From positions 4,850 to 68,849 of the forward strand of contig CAZZJR010000003.1 of assembly GCA_964654585.1 (NCBI GenBank): a stretch of DNA of 64,000 nt. Direction: 5' to 3'. The translations under genes were made by a program, and so were the position numbers. Source of the stretch: an uncultured Bdellovibrionales bacterium (GTDB taxonomy: Bacteria > Bdellovibrionota_C > UBA2361 > OMII01). Under the pieces are notes generated by a model. That model was not told the origin of the DNA. It did not search any database and saw only the letters and a program-made list of their open reading frames with translations. This document shows positions 1 to 10,425 of this stretch, piece by piece. Numbering within the stretch: position 1 is the first letter of the stretch; every line of letters starts with the position of its first letter.

Positions 1-1190
1 CGCTTCCGATGTTGAAAGCCGTATGCGCGCAGCATCCGCAACCTCCGCCACGGCGTCGAGCACTGCGAGACACCGCTGGCCGGTTAACGCCGAAACGAAC
101 ACCACCGGAGCGTACGCAGCGAACTTGAATACAGAACGAACTGCATGTCGGTACGCCTCCGCAGTGCGCGGCTCTTTCTCAATCAGGTCCCACTTATTCA
201 CGACGATTACGAGGCTTTTTCCCTTCTCGTGGGCGAGCCCGACAATCCTGGCGTCTTGCTCGGTTGGAATCCCCTCCGCCGCATCGAGCAGGAAAACTGC
301 CACGTCGCTCTGTGCCAGCGACCGCAGGGTTCGAATGTTGCTGAATCGCTCTACTGTGCCGTCGCGCACTCCTGCCTTCTTGCGCAGGCCGGCAGTATCG
401 ACGATCTCAAACGTCCGGCCGCCACGGCCAAGCTCGCTCTTGATGCTGTCTCTCGTGGTTCCAGCGATCGGAGAGCAGATCATCCGCTCCTCGCCGAGCA
501 GTCGATTGACGAAAGTGCTCTTGCCCACATTTGGTTTCCCGATGATGGCAAGGTTGATGCGCTGCGCCGGACCACTCTCGTCTTCTGGCACCACATGCTC
601 GGGCAGCAACCGCACATCGAGGTCACCCTCCTCAGAATCGATATCCTGTGTTTCGGGCATCTCAATGTTGATATCAAGTGGGGCAACAATCTCGCGTACC
701 TTGGCCATTAGGTCCCGGATACCGCGCCTATGTGCTGCGCTGATCGGAATAATCTCCTCGATCCCTAAACCATAGAGCTCTGTTGCAGTCATCGCTGCCG
801 AAGGCTTCTCGCACTTGTTGGCCACAAAGATCGTTGGCTTCCCAGCCTGTCGCACCAGGTCAAGCACTTCACTATCGAGCGGGTGCAGCCCGTGCAGGCC
901 GTCGAACACGACGATGATCACGTCGCTCTGTCGCATGGCAAGCTCACTCTGCTGCCTAACGGACTCGTGCAGCGCGATGTCCTCCTCTCCAACGAGGGCT
1001 CCGGTATCGATCAGCGTAAAGGGAAAATCGAAGCGAGTAACGAGCTCGTAGAAGCGGTCGCGCGTGACGCCAGGCTGGTCTTTCACCACCGCCTTGCGCC
1101 GTCCGGCCAGCGCGTTGAAGAGTGTCGACTTTCCGACGTTAGTTCGGCCAACTATACAGACCGTTGGCACCGCCGTATTAGTCGTCATGA
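1..1190 (-). CDS. der: GTPase Der/EngA (ribosome biogenesis), partial. The start codon is at 1190..1188 and the gene runs off the window start
   Basis: Manual minus-strand translation from ATG at 1190 gives MTTNTAVPTVCIVGRTNVGKSTLFNALAGRR... followed by a second G-domain P-loop GKPNVGKSTFVN. Two tandem GTP-binding domains are diagnostic of Der. No stop occurs before position 1. The listed plus-strand ORFs here (23..775 etc.) are S/T/R-rich antisense artefacts. Confidence 0.85.
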
Positions 1191-2014
1191 CTATCTCCCT
1201 CATCTGCCGGCGGCTTAGCGGCTTCGTCATCCGTCTGAAGGAACCGCGCGTCGATTTCGTCAGATGGCTTTAACCGCGCGAGCGCTTCCTCGGCAGCGAT
1301 CTGCTGAGAAGCCTTCTTAGTAGCACCACGGCCGCGGCCAACTATCTGGCCATCGACTTCCACAACTGAAATGAAGACTGGGGCATGTTCAGGTCCCTCA
1401 ACGCACTCAAGGCGGTAGACTGGTGCCTCACTTCCTGATGCATGCAACGCCTCTTGCAGCTCAGTTTTTGGGTCGCGCGGCGTCACGTTTACCAGCTGCT
1501 CTCCGAGCAGTCGCTCGATACATGCCCGCGCGGTATCGTAGCCACCCTCCCGGTACACGGCTCCAAGTACAGCCTCAACAACATCAGCGAGGATCGAGGC
1601 CCTATCAGCCCCCCCACTCGCCAGTTCTCCGCGGCTTAAACGAACAAATTTTCCGAGCTGCAGACCACGGCCAATCTCCGCAAGCGAGCTCGTGTTTACG
1701 AGCGCAGCGCGCATCTTAGAAAGGTCCCCTTCCTTTGCATCCGGGTGCCGATCAAGAAGCAGGTGGGCCACCGCTAAATCGAAGACCGCATCGCCCAGAA
1801 ACTCCAGCCTCTCGTAGTCGCTCTTTACCCCTTTTCCATGCACCGACCGATGCGTCAGGGCACGCTCGAGCCACTCACGCTCTCGGAACACGTAGCCGAG
1901 GGATTCCTCGATCTGGCCGTATCGCTCACGACCTAACGGCTCTGGTGCGGGGCGCTGGGGTTTTTTTTCAGTGTCAGACTCATCGCCGGCGCTGCCGACT
2001 ATTCCAAATCGCAT
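1178..2014 (-). CDS. rnc: Ribonuclease III
   Basis: ORF 1178..2263 contains the RNase III signature ERLEFLGDAV and a C-terminal dsRBD. The ORF-track start overlaps the neighbouring gene. An internal ATG at 2014 (MRFGIVGS...) gives 279 aa and is the more likely start. The 3' end overlaps the der start by 13 nt. Confidence 0.85.
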   Translation of the reverse strand: MRFGIVGSAGDESDTEKKPQRPAPEPLGRERYGQIEESLGYVFREREWLERALTHRSVHGKGVKSDYERLEFLGDAVFDLAVAHLLLDRHPDAKEGDLSKMRAALVNTSSLAEIGRGLQLGKFVRLSRGELASGGADRASILADVVEAVLGAVYREGGYDTARACIERLLGEQLVNVTPRDPKTELQEALHASGSEAPVYRLECVEGPEHAPVFISVVEVDGQIVGRGRGATKKASQQIAAEEALARLKPSDEIDARFLQTDDEAAKPPADEGDSHDD

Positions 2015-2247
2015 GGGGCTCCTCTCAGGTAAGAGCCTCACAATCACAAAAGCAGCCGCCGGATACCGCTCAGGCGCAGCTCTCTTTGGTGATTGAGAGG
2101 AAGTGTAACCGGTTAAGTGTACCAGATTGCGGGGTGTACTCAAAACCCGCCTACCCCAACAACAGCGGGGGGTTAGCGGCTCGTAGCCCATCCCCTCAGG
2201 CGTTTTGGCATCTGTTTCAACAGCGCCGCGGGAGGTATACAACCGGG

Positions 2248-4104
2248 ATGTCTTTGCCGTCACAGCGGCGATCGGTTGCTTGCGCCCTCCTGCTGCTGCT
2301 CGTCACCCTGCTTGCAGCACCCCCGTGTGCTGCCGAGGGCTATTATCCCGAGTCCTCACTCTCAGTGCCCCCCGCGGGGTTGCTGCTGCTGGCCGCGGCG
2401 CTCTCCATGGCGCTCGCTGCATACCTGGCGATCCGAGCCCCAAAGACGCGCGATCCCTCGCAGCGCACACTCGTAGCCTGGCTGACCATCGGCGCGTTTT
2501 TCGTCGCCCTGATGTTTGTTCTCGGCGCTTCGAGCATCTCCCTTTCCAGCCCCGCCGTGGGCTTTATCCCAATGACCGATCGTGGCGCCCAGGTTTTGCG
2601 GCTCGTGGTTAGCGCCCTGCTCCTTGCGCACATTCTTCTGCGGGTTTACCTCCAGTCACAAGGTCTCTCTGAGCGCTGGGCAACGGCTCGAGCTCGGGCT
2701 CTGCTCCTGTTAGCTGCCCTCGCCCTAGCCGGCTACTTCAACTGGGGAGCGCTTCACTTCGGCAGCTTTGTTCACCGGCATGAGCTTCTTCACTACTTCC
2801 TCGGCGCGAAGAATGCTCCTGAGCTGCGCTACACTCGGCTGTATGACTGCGCGCTTCAGGCACTCCGTGAGGATCGTCCGGATTGGCTCAACATGCAGGA
2901 GCAGCGCGTGCAGGATCTTGTCACCAACCAGATAGTCTTCGCCTACCAGCTTGATGAGCGGATGAGCTCCTGTCCGAAGCACTTTTCGCCTGAACGCTGG
3001 CAGAAGTTTAAGACTGATGTGGTGGCGCTTCGGGGCAAGACCGATTCAGCCATGTGGAACGCGTCGCTCATAGACTACGGGTACAACCCGCCACCGACGT
3101 GGAATGTCTTGCCAGGGGCGATCGTGCGCAACCTAGAGCTGACCGACGGCAACTTGACGCTCGTCGCCTTAATCGATCCGCTGCTGGTTGCCGTGGGTTT
3201 GGTCGCTGTAACCTGGGCCTTCGGACTTGAAATCGCTTGTTACGCGGCCTGCACCTTCGGGTTGATCTTCCCGGCCCGGTTCTACTGGACAGGAGGAGGG
3301 TTCATGCGGCAGGACTGGCTAGCCTGTCTCCTGCTAGGCATCAGCCTGCTGCGACGCAGCTTCCCCCTCTCAGGGGGATTTTTCCTGGGCTGCTCAGCGC
3401 TGCTGAGGATCTTTCCGCTCTGCTTCCTGTTTGGGCCCCTCGTACTCGCAGCGCTGCGCCTCGCGCGAGCCAAGGCCGTTGAGCGCGAGCCTGTTCGACT
3501 CCTAGTCGGTGTGCTGCTCTCCTGCGCTGTGCTCCTTCCGCTCGGAGCTTTGAGCATGGGGGGCTCGTCGGCGTACCGCGAGTTTGCGCAGAACTCTGTT
3601 AAGCACCTCTCATTCCCTTTTACGAACAACATGGGCTTCCCCTCACTAGTGTCTTTTGGGGTAGCGCCCGAAGGTAGTGACGAGACACGGCAGGGAGACG
3701 AGTTTCAGAAGCTTGAGACGTACAAAGCTATCCGTGCAGAGACCTTCGAGCGGCGAAAGCCGCTCTTGGTAGCGGGTACCGCGGGATTCCTGGCTCTCTT
3801 CATTTTCTGTCTGCGGAGGGAGCGGCGGCTGTGGGTGCTCGCAACCTTTGGCTTTACGCTTGTGCCAGTGGCAACACAGATCTCCTGCTACTACTATTCG
3901 TTCCTGATGGTGGCAGCTTTCATGTTGCGCGAGGAACCCCGCATCGTTGTGCTGCTCGTCGTGACTACGTTTCTCGGACAGGTCCTGGGGCTCGCGCTTG
4001 GGCGGGGCGAGCTTCTCTACAGCTCTCTCTCTCTCTTGGCAGTCTACTTTGCGGCGGAGAGTGTACTAACCTACCGCCATCGACTGCAGCGCCCTCCTGG
4101 TTAG
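2248..4104 (+). CDS. Large polytopic integral membrane protein of unknown function (GT-C-like topology?)
   Basis: ORF 1735..4104. Its N-terminal 171 codons overlap rnc on the opposite strand and are non-protein-like. The in-frame ATG at 2248 (MSLPSQRRSVACALLLLLVTLLAAPPCAA, signal/TM-like) is the likely start. Many hydrophobic segments plus a roughly 130-aa soluble loop. Confidence 0.6.
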   Translation: MSLPSQRRSVACALLLLLVTLLAAPPCAAEGYYPESSLSVPPAGLLLLAAALSMALAAYLAIRAPKTRDPSQRTLVAWLTIGAFFVALMFVLGASSISLSSPAVGFIPMTDRGAQVLRLVVSALLLAHILLRVYLQSQGLSERWATARARALLLLAALALAGYFNWGALHFGSFVHRHELLHYFLGAKNAPELRYTRLYDCALQALREDRPDWLNMQEQRVQDLVTNQIVFAYQLDERMSSCPKHFSPERWQKFKTDVVALRGKTDSAMWNASLIDYGYNPPPTWNVLPGAIVRNLELTDGNLTLVALIDPLLVAVGLVAVTWAFGLEIACYAACTFGLIFPARFYWTGGGFMRQDWLACLLLGISLLRRSFPLSGGFFLGCSALLRIFPLCFLFGPLVLAALRLARAKAVEREPVRLLVGVLLSCAVLLPLGALSMGGSSAYREFAQNSVKHLSFPFTNNMGFPSLVSFGVAPEGSDETRQGDEFQKLETYKAIRAETFERRKPLLVAGTAGFLALFIFCLRRERRLWVLATFGFTLVPVATQISCYYYSFLMVAAFMLREEPRIVVLLVVTTFLGQVLGLALGRGELLYSSLSLLAVYFAAESVLTYRHRLQRPPG

Positions 4105-5243
4105 CAGCCTGCCTCGCGCTCAATCCGTCCGCCGCCGAGCACCTCTTCATTGCACAGGTCGTAAAATACTGCCGCCTGTCCGGGGGCAACGGCGGCCCAG
4201 TCATCAATCCACGAGACTCGGCAGGAACCGCTGCTATCCACCCTCACCTTCGCCCGGACTCCGCGATGCCTAGAGCGCACCTGAACGATCGAGTCGAATT
4301 CCCGCGGCATGTTGCTCTGGCCTCCCGTCTGAACCAGCTCCGGCGCAACCCAATGCACCTCGCCCACTTGGAATGACTCCCGCTTGAGGTCATCTCGGCT
4401 TCCTACCACGACCTGATCTAAGGCTGGGTCGATGTCGATGACGTACAGCGGCTCAGCTTGTCCGCCTAAACTCAGCCCTCTGCGCTGACCAACAGTGTAG
4501 CGGTGAATCCCATCGTGCTCTCCGATTCTCTTCCCTTCTTTTGTGACGAACGCACCGCGCGGCCTTCTGCCCCCAATCGTGGCGACAAAATCGTGAGCAC
4601 TGCCAGCAACAAAGCAGATATCCTGGCTCTCCGGCTTTTCGGCGGTGACGAGTCCAGCCTCTCGGGCGATCTCGCGGATCTCTGATTTGGTGTATCCCCC
4701 TATAGGAAAAATTGTTCGTTCAAGCTCATCTTGCCTGCATGTGTAGAGGAAGTAGCTCTGGTCCTTCTCACTGTCTATTCCGCGCAGCAGCCTGAAGCCT
4801 TCCTCGGAACGCGCGATTCGTGCGTAGTGGCCAGTAGCGACGTGTGAGCAGCCAAAGGTCGAAGCTCGCTCGCGCAGCTCACGAAACTTCACCTTACTGT
4901 TGCAGTCGATACACGGGTTCGGTGTGCGGCCCTGCCTATATGTTTCTACGAACCGCTCGATGACTTCCCGCTCAAATGTGCGCTCAAAATCAACTACGTA
5001 GTATGGTATGTCGAGCGCTGCCGCTACTCGCCGCGCATCACAAAAGTCCGCCGGGCTGCAGCAGGTCGCCCGGGAGTTTTCAGCCGAATTTTTCTTATAG
5101 TCCCACACCTGCATCGAAACACCCACGACGTGTTCCCCAGCTTTCGACAGCAGGTACGCCGCAACGGAAGAGTCCACACCCCCCGACATGGCAACTACTA
5201 CAGAGCGGCTACTGGCTTGTTTCGATGAGGACGCCGTAAGCAT
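4101..5243 (-). CDS. mnmA: tRNA-specific 2-thiouridylase MnmA
   Basis: PP-loop SGGVDSSV near the N-terminus, conserved PNPCIDCN and DQSYFL motifs, and the expected length (380 aa). Confidence 0.9.
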   Translation of the reverse strand: MLTASSSKQASSRSVVVAMSGGVDSSVAAYLLSKAGEHVVGVSMQVWDYKKNSAENSRATCCSPADFCDARRVAAALDIPYYVVDFERTFEREVIERFVETYRQGRTPNPCIDCNSKVKFRELRERASTFGCSHVATGHYARIARSEEGFRLLRGIDSEKDQSYFLYTCRQDELERTIFPIGGYTKSEIREIAREAGLVTAEKPESQDICFVAGSAHDFVATIGGRRPRGAFVTKEGKRIGEHDGIHRYTVGQRRGLSLGGQAEPLYVIDIDPALDQVVVGSRDDLKRESFQVGEVHWVAPELVQTGGQSNMPREFDSIVQVRSRHRGVRAKVRVDSSGSCRVSWIDDWAAVAPGQAAVFYDLCNEEVLGGGRIEREAGC

Positions 5244-5320
5244 GGAGAGAATGTACCGTATCCGAGTTTGAATTGCACACCGCGGTGGCGTTTCGCACCG
5301 AGCCTTTGCATCTCAGGCCC

Positions 5321-6484
5321 TTAAGCACCTGAGGGGGTCTCCCGCACCCTATTTGCCACTCTGGCAATGGCCTCCGCTACCGTGCGAGCAACCCCCAGAT
5401 CGCTGTCACCACGAAAACTTATCCGCACCGTGCTTCCCACCCGGTCGTCGGATAGCCCCATCGCCTGCAGCACGTGCGACGGACCGGGCTTGCCAGAGGA
5501 GCATGCGGCTCCCGCTGACACGAGGATCCCTTCCAAATCAAGCGCGACAACTAGGTCATCTGCCCGAACGCCTGGCACAAAGAGCGATGAAGTATTCGGT
5601 AGCCGCTCATGCCCCGCACCGTTCACTGCGGCGCCCACCACCAACGTACAGACCGATTTCTCAAAATCACTCCGCAAGGCCTCCATGCGATCAATCCGCG
5701 CCGAGAGAGACGCCGACACATTTCGGGCCGCGGCCGCCATTGCACAAGCACCGAACACGTTCTCGGTCCCCCCCCGCATCTTCCCTTCCTGTGGCCCGCC
5801 AAGGATACACGGCGCGATATGCACACCATCGCGCACAACGAGCACCCCGATACCCGATGGAGCACCGAACTTGTGCCCTGAGATCGTCATGCAATCGACC
5901 CCTAGCGCAGAGAACGAGAGTGCTCCTTTTCCCGGAATCTGAGCGGCGTCGGTATGCACAACCGCTCCCGGAGCAACAGACCGTACGACTCCAGCTACCT
6001 CGGCGACAGGATTGAGCACTCCTGTTTCGTTGTTTGCCGCCATGATCGACACCAACGCGCAATCGGGCGTGAGCGCAGCAGCAACGCTTTTGGAGGCTAT
6101 TCGCCCGCCGCTATCCGGAGCAACGAGCACGACATCCCTGCCATACGCAGCAACACGCTTGAGGGGCTCAAGAACACACGGATGCTCGACGGCGCTCGCC
6201 ACTAGCCTTCCTGGGGAGAGGGCCGCACACGAAGCCACAACCGTATTGTTTGCCTCAGTAGCCCCAGAAGTGAAGATAACGTGGTCGCGCTCTCCAGCAC
6301 CGAGGAAACTGCGAAGCTCCGCCCGAGCCTCTTCAAGCGCTGCTCGAGCTAGCTGCCCGTTGCGGTGTAGAGAGCTTGGATTTCCACAGCGGCGTAGGTA
6401 CGCAGTTATAACCCCCTGGAGTTCCTCATCTGGGGTGTAGGTAGCATTTGCGTCGCAGTCAATTACCACAGGAATTAGGCTCAA
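5321..6484 (-). CDS. Cysteine desulfurase (NifS/IscS class V aminotransferase)
   Basis: 387 aa. Motifs SGATEANN, PLP-lysine region ISGHKFGAPSGIGVL, and active-site Cys in SAGAACSSG. Sits immediately upstream of mnmA, a known sulfur-relay pairing. Confidence 0.9.
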   Translation of the reverse strand: MSLIPVVIDCDANATYTPDEELQGVITAYLRRCGNPSSLHRNGQLARAALEEARAELRSFLGAGERDHVIFTSGATEANNTVVASCAALSPGRLVASAVEHPCVLEPLKRVAAYGRDVVLVAPDSGGRIASKSVAAALTPDCALVSIMAANNETGVLNPVAEVAGVVRSVAPGAVVHTDAAQIPGKGALSFSALGVDCMTISGHKFGAPSGIGVLVVRDGVHIAPCILGGPQEGKMRGGTENVFGACAMAAAARNVSASLSARIDRMEALRSDFEKSVCTLVVGAAVNGAGHERLPNTSSLFVPGVRADDLVVALDLEGILVSAGAACSSGKPGPSHVLQAMGLSDDRVGSTVRISFRGDSDLGVARTVAEAIARVANRVRETPSGA

Positions 6485-6568
6485 ATTCTAATGCAAACAG
6501 GCGATCCCGGCCGAACATTCCTACGGGAGGAAAGCGCCGATTAGGTTGCCCTTCCCGGAGACGTTACA

Positions 6569-6865
6569 ATGGCTCCCGCACCAACGCAAAGTATAGGAGT
6601 TGCAAGCGCGCAAGTGCTCGGCACTGCCTACCCGGCCCAGCAGATTCGCTTCACCGAGGCGGCCCAGACGGCTGGCGTTCAAACAAACCAGAATGTAGCG
6701 CGATCACAAAGCAGCGCCACCCAGGCCAGCAGCGACAAGAGCCGCGCGGTAAGCGAGGAGAAGCGCACCGAAGGTATATTCGCCGACCAGTCGCTGAGCG
6801 ATGAGGATGACCGGCACGGCTCGGCGGAGCAGCCTCGTAAAGGCAAGCTCAATAAAGTGGCCTAG
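6569..6865 (+). CDS. Hypothetical small Q/S/A-rich protein
   Basis: 98-aa ORF with GGAG about 8 nt upstream of the ATG. Low-complexity sequence and no recognisable domain. Overlapping ORFs in other frames make this call weak. Confidence 0.3.
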   Translation: MAPAPTQSIGVASAQVLGTAYPAQQIRFTEAAQTAGVQTNQNVARSQSSATQASSDKSRAVSEEKRTEGIFADQSLSDEDDRHGSAEQPRKGKLNKVA

Positions 6866-6930
6866 CCGAGTCTTATTGAGCATCACTTCGCAGTCCACAC
6901 AACCAAGCCGCTAGCAAACGAAACTGCGGC

Positions 6931-7347
6931 ATGAGAAATGTCGAACAGTCTGGTATGCGTTGGAGGATCCTCTCGCTCACATCTCTACTTGGAATCGCTG
7001 TAATCCTGCGCGACGGCGGGAGCTTCGTTGTCTCCAGAACGCTCCACCCTCTGCTTAACACCGCTCGCTTGAACCGAAACGACGCCGAAAGTCTTCTAGC
7101 CCAGGGGCGTCCGCTGTCCCTACTGTGCTCAAGTGCGCAGGACCTTGAGCTGCTCCTAGGGGTCACCGACCGCGTAGCCTCCGAGCTGCTCAGGGAAGCC
7201 GAAAGCCTAGTACGTTTAGCACCGGTGATAGGGGAAGAGGCTGCCTTTGAGAGAGTCCACGGCATCGGCCCGAAACGAGCAGCTTTCTTCGCCACTCACC
7301 TCTCTCTGAACAACTCATGTAGCATGCTTCAGAAAAATATCGACTGA
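6931..7347 (+). CDS. ComEA-like helix-hairpin-helix DNA-binding protein
   Basis: N-terminal hydrophobic anchor (ILSLTSLLGIAVIL), an LNTA motif, and a C-terminal HhH GIGPKRAAFF typical of the ComEA family. An alternative start is at 6955. Confidence 0.55.
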   Translation: MRNVEQSGMRWRILSLTSLLGIAVILRDGGSFVVSRTLHPLLNTARLNRNDAESLLAQGRPLSLLCSSAQDLELLLGVTDRVASELLREAESLVRLAPVIGEEAAFERVHGIGPKRAAFFATHLSLNNSCSMLQKNID

Positions 7348-7416
7348 TAGTGGCTCCATCCGTTATAAAAACTCGGGTTTCGTTTTTTTCGCCCTGGGGA
7401 CGTTAAACGCCAGCGT

Positions 7417-8526
7417 ATGAAGATACTTGTCGTCTGCAAAGCACTTGATCGGCCGGAATCGTTCATCCTGAAGGGCCTGCAAGATTTGGGCGAATCGGTG
7501 ACGGTGCTCACAAGCCAAGAGAACGCACACTCGGAAATGTTGCGTGGAGCTGGCGTGCACGTTCAAACTTTCGTGCTTTCCAGCCGACTCGACCTGCGTG
7601 GAATGCTCCGTCTGCGGCGCATCGTGCTTGAGTCAAAGCCGGATGTGCTCTACGCCCTATCGAATGCGGGACTCGCTGCCGCAAACCTTGGGCTGATCGG
7701 CCTCGGCGTTCCCGTCGCCACGTACCGCGGTACTGTTGGGCACCTGAGTTGGTGGGATCCCTCTTCCTGGCTTACCTTTCTCAATCCAAGGGTGTCGAAA
7801 ATTGTTTGCGTCTCCCAGGCGGTCGAGCAGCACCTCAAGGAGCTAGGACTCCCTCAAGAGCGCGTGGTAACAGTCTACAAGGGGCACGATGTGGCATGGT
7901 ACAGCGCCCCGCCACCCTGCTCTCGGAGAGACCTGGGCCTGCCCGAAAATGCTTTCGTCGTTGGCTGCACCGCTGTCATTAGGGCAGTCAAGGGTGTTGA
8001 TATCCTCATCGCCGCCTGCGCCTCGCTGCTGACAGAGATTCCTTCTCTTCACCTACTCTTGGTGGGTTCAATCCAGGACCCCAACGTCGAAGCAATGATA
8101 GCTAGCTTTCCTGAAAAAAGTCGGGTGCACGTGACCGGGTTCCGCGAAGACGCAACTCGCCTCGCAACGCTATGCGATGTGACTGTCATGGCGTCCAAGA
8201 ATCGCGAAGGCTTCCCCAAATCGGTGGTCGAGGCGATGTCTCAGGGGGTTCCCGCTATCGTCACGTCGGTCGGCGGTATGCCTGAGCTAGTGGGTCATGG
8301 CGAAGCCGGTCTTATGGTTCCCCCGAGCGACTCGGAGGCGCTCGCAGCGGCGATTCGCACACTGGCAACGGACTCTATGCGACGCGAGGCCTTAGGAAGA
8401 GCCGGGAGGCAGCGAATCAAAACGGTGTTTAATGTGGATGGTAGTGTGAGAGCGATGCAGGCGCTTTTTAGGGAGCTATCAACCACAAAACCAACGACTC
8501 AGCGCAACGACCAGAACGCTGCCTAA
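7417..8526 (+). CDS. Glycosyltransferase family 4 (GT-B, RfaG-like)
   Basis: 369 aa. The C-terminal EGFPKSVVEAMSQGVPAIVTSVGG...E motif (E-X7-E region) is characteristic of GT4 retaining glycosyltransferases. Confidence 0.8.
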   Translation: MKILVVCKALDRPESFILKGLQDLGESVTVLTSQENAHSEMLRGAGVHVQTFVLSSRLDLRGMLRLRRIVLESKPDVLYALSNAGLAAANLGLIGLGVPVATYRGTVGHLSWWDPSSWLTFLNPRVSKIVCVSQAVEQHLKELGLPQERVVTVYKGHDVAWYSAPPPCSRRDLGLPENAFVVGCTAVIRAVKGVDILIAACASLLTEIPSLHLLLVGSIQDPNVEAMIASFPEKSRVHVTGFREDATRLATLCDVTVMASKNREGFPKSVVEAMSQGVPAIVTSVGGMPELVGHGEAGLMVPPSDSEALAAAIRTLATDSMRREALGRAGRQRIKTVFNVDGSVRAMQALFRELSTTKPTTQRNDQNAA

Positions 8527-8558
8527 AGCTCCCGCTCCCATCTGCCGTTACTGAATGC

Positions 8559-9164
8559 ATGGATCTGAGCAACCTTGAGAATGGCGATATCGTCATGCTG
8601 TGTGTGGTCGTAAGCGGCATGCTTCTCACTCTCGGCGTGGTAATGCTGCTGAGACCCACGCTCCGATTAATCATTCGTTGGCTGATGAGTGTTATGAACT
8701 CAACCAGCAGGACCGCGCGCGGAAATGCTGCTGAGCTTGGCACAGTCCTCGCGGAGCTTCGAGCTCTCGTCAAGGAGCTTGCGCCGTATGAAGTCGATTA
8801 CCACCACGCATTTTCCCAGGTCGGATGGCCGGAGCTACAGCAGCAGGTACACTCCCTCGGCGAGGCTGAGCAGCGAATTACGGCTTTAATTGAAGAGGGT
8901 TACTACCGTGACGCCGTAACGCTCACATCTTTCCTACTCGACCAGCTTTCCGAACACGCGTGTGATGAAGCAGCCACTCATTTTCCAGAGTTCGAATCGC
9001 TGCGCGGATGGAACGCGCGAGCACACTCAACCCTCGTCTCGATGATTGATGCAGTGCACACGGCAGCCTCTGAGAAACGCAGCCTCGGAATCCAGCCCAG
9101 CCGGGAACGCCGACCTACCCTTGAAACCCTTGCAGAGCTGCGCGAGATTCTTCGCACCCAATAG
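8559..9164 (+). CDS. Hypothetical membrane-anchored protein
   Basis: 201-aa ORF with an N-terminal TM segment (IVMLCVVVSGMLLTLGVVMLL) and no known motif. Its 3' end overlaps lysC convergently by about 50 nt. Confidence 0.4.
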   Translation: MDLSNLENGDIVMLCVVVSGMLLTLGVVMLLRPTLRLIIRWLMSVMNSTSRTARGNAAELGTVLAELRALVKELAPYEVDYHHAFSQVGWPELQQQVHSLGEAEQRITALIEEGYYRDAVTLTSFLLDQLSEHACDEAATHFPEFESLRGWNARAHSTLVSMIDAVHTAASEKRSLGIQPSRERRPTLETLAELREILRTQ

Positions 9165-10425
9165 CACGACTGCTGAGAACCTCGGGAGCGAACTCGTCAT
9201 TGAGCGCCCTCACCGCTGCCTCGCAGTGCTTTCGGGCCACAAGCAGGGAGATCTTGACCTCTGACGTGTTCACCATCTGTATGTCAATGCTCTGCTCAGC
9301 CAGAGCGCGAAACGTCCTGCCGGCAACATCGGTGTGGCTTCTCATTCCGAGGCCCACAACCGATACCTTGGCGATATTTCGCTCTACCGATACTCCCGCG
9401 GCACACAGCTCCGGAACAGCCTCACGGACAACGTTGAGAGCCAAGCTACTCTGCTCATCGGCAACCGTCAGGCTGACCTTTACGCGCCCCGAACCAACAC
9501 CCTCTTGCGAGATCATGTCAACCATCACGTCACGTCGCCCAAGCACAGAGAATAGCCGCGCCATCGTCGCGATGTCCGCCGGCATCGACTCAATAACCAA
9601 ACGTGCCTCATCGAGCCGGTGCGTAACACCAGTCACCACAGGCTTCTCCATAAGCTCCTCCTCAGGCACAATCCATGTTCCATTGACCCCTGGCACAAAC
9701 GGTCCGTCAAAGGTCGAAAGCACTGCAAGCGGCACACCGTAGCGCATCGCGAAGAATACTGAGCGCGTGTGCAGCACCTTCGCCCCGAGGCTTGCCATCT
9801 CAAGCATCTCCTCGTGCGCGACGCGCTCGAGCAGGCGCGCGGTCCGACAGATACGGGGGTCAGCAGAGTAGACACCTCTCACATCCGTGTAGATCAGGCA
9901 GGCCTCGGCCCGAAGCGCAGCCGCCACCGCTACCGCGGTGATGTCCGACCCGCCACGCCCAAGCGTAGTAATGTCGCCCGAGTCGGTGACACCCTGAAAG
10001 CCTGCGATCACCGGGACACCTCCAAGCGCAAGCACAGCTTCTATGGAATCAGTCCCAACTTCCTCAATCAGGGCGTTGGTGTGGCGCGCACTGGTAGAGA
10101 TCTTCGCCTGCGGCCCAAGCAAGCTCTTCGAAGGTACACCGAGTGCGTTGAGCCGCATCGCCAGCAGTGCCACTGTCACCTGCTCTCCGCTCGAAAGGAG
10201 CACGTCGAGCTCCCTGCCTTCCGGCTCGTCGACACAGCTCTGTGCCAGGGCGACGAGCTTGTTTGTCTCTCCAGCCATGGCCGAAAGTACAACTACCAGC
10301 CCGACCCTTGGGCGCGATCGACGGTGCTCGGCTACGATATCCGCCACCCGCTTCACACGCGACACGTCGCCAACCGACGTACCGCCGAACTTCATTACTA
10401 CGATAGGCCGGCGTATCATTTTCAT
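9115..10425 (-). CDS. lysC: Aspartate kinase
   Basis: N-terminal VMKFGGTSV kinase motif, 436 aa, and C-terminal ACT-domain region. Confidence 0.9.
   Translation of the reverse strand: MKMIRRPIVVMKFGGTSVGDVSRVKRVADIVAEHRRSRPRVGLVVVLSAMAGETNKLVALAQSCVDEPEGRELDVLLSSGEQVTVALLAMRLNALGVPSKSLLGPQAKISTSARHTNALIEEVGTDSIEAVLALGGVPVIAGFQGVTDSGDITTLGRGGSDITAVAVAAALRAEACLIYTDVRGVYSADPRICRTARLLERVAHEEMLEMASLGAKVLHTRSVFFAMRYGVPLAVLSTFDGPFVPGVNGTWIVPEEELMEKPVVTGVTHRLDEARLVIESMPADIATMARLFSVLGRRDVMVDMISQEGVGSGRVKVSLTVADEQSSLALNVVREAVPELCAAGVSVERNIAKVSVVGLGMRSHTDVAGRTFRALAEQSIDIQMVNTSEVKISLLVARKHCEAAVRALNDEFAPEVLSSRAIGCEESRAALQGFQG

Noticed and set aside
23-1273. Plus-strand ORFs 23..775, 145..711, 815..1051, 883..1218 and 1064..1273 from the ORF track
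   Set aside because: Translations are S/T/R/A-rich and non-protein-like. They lie antisense to a clear Der GTPase reading frame (two P-loops) that runs off the window start. This is the typical high-G+C antisense open-frame artefact.
1735-2247. N-terminal 171 codons of ORF 1735..4104
   Set aside because: This stretch overlaps rnc on the opposite strand and has proline/arginine-rich composition. An in-frame ATG at 2248 begins a signal/TM-like sequence, so the gene is taken to start there.
6873-7295. Minus-strand 140-aa ORF overlapping the ComEA-like gene
   Set aside because: It is antisense to an ORF with a recognisable HhH motif. The composition is S/R-rich.
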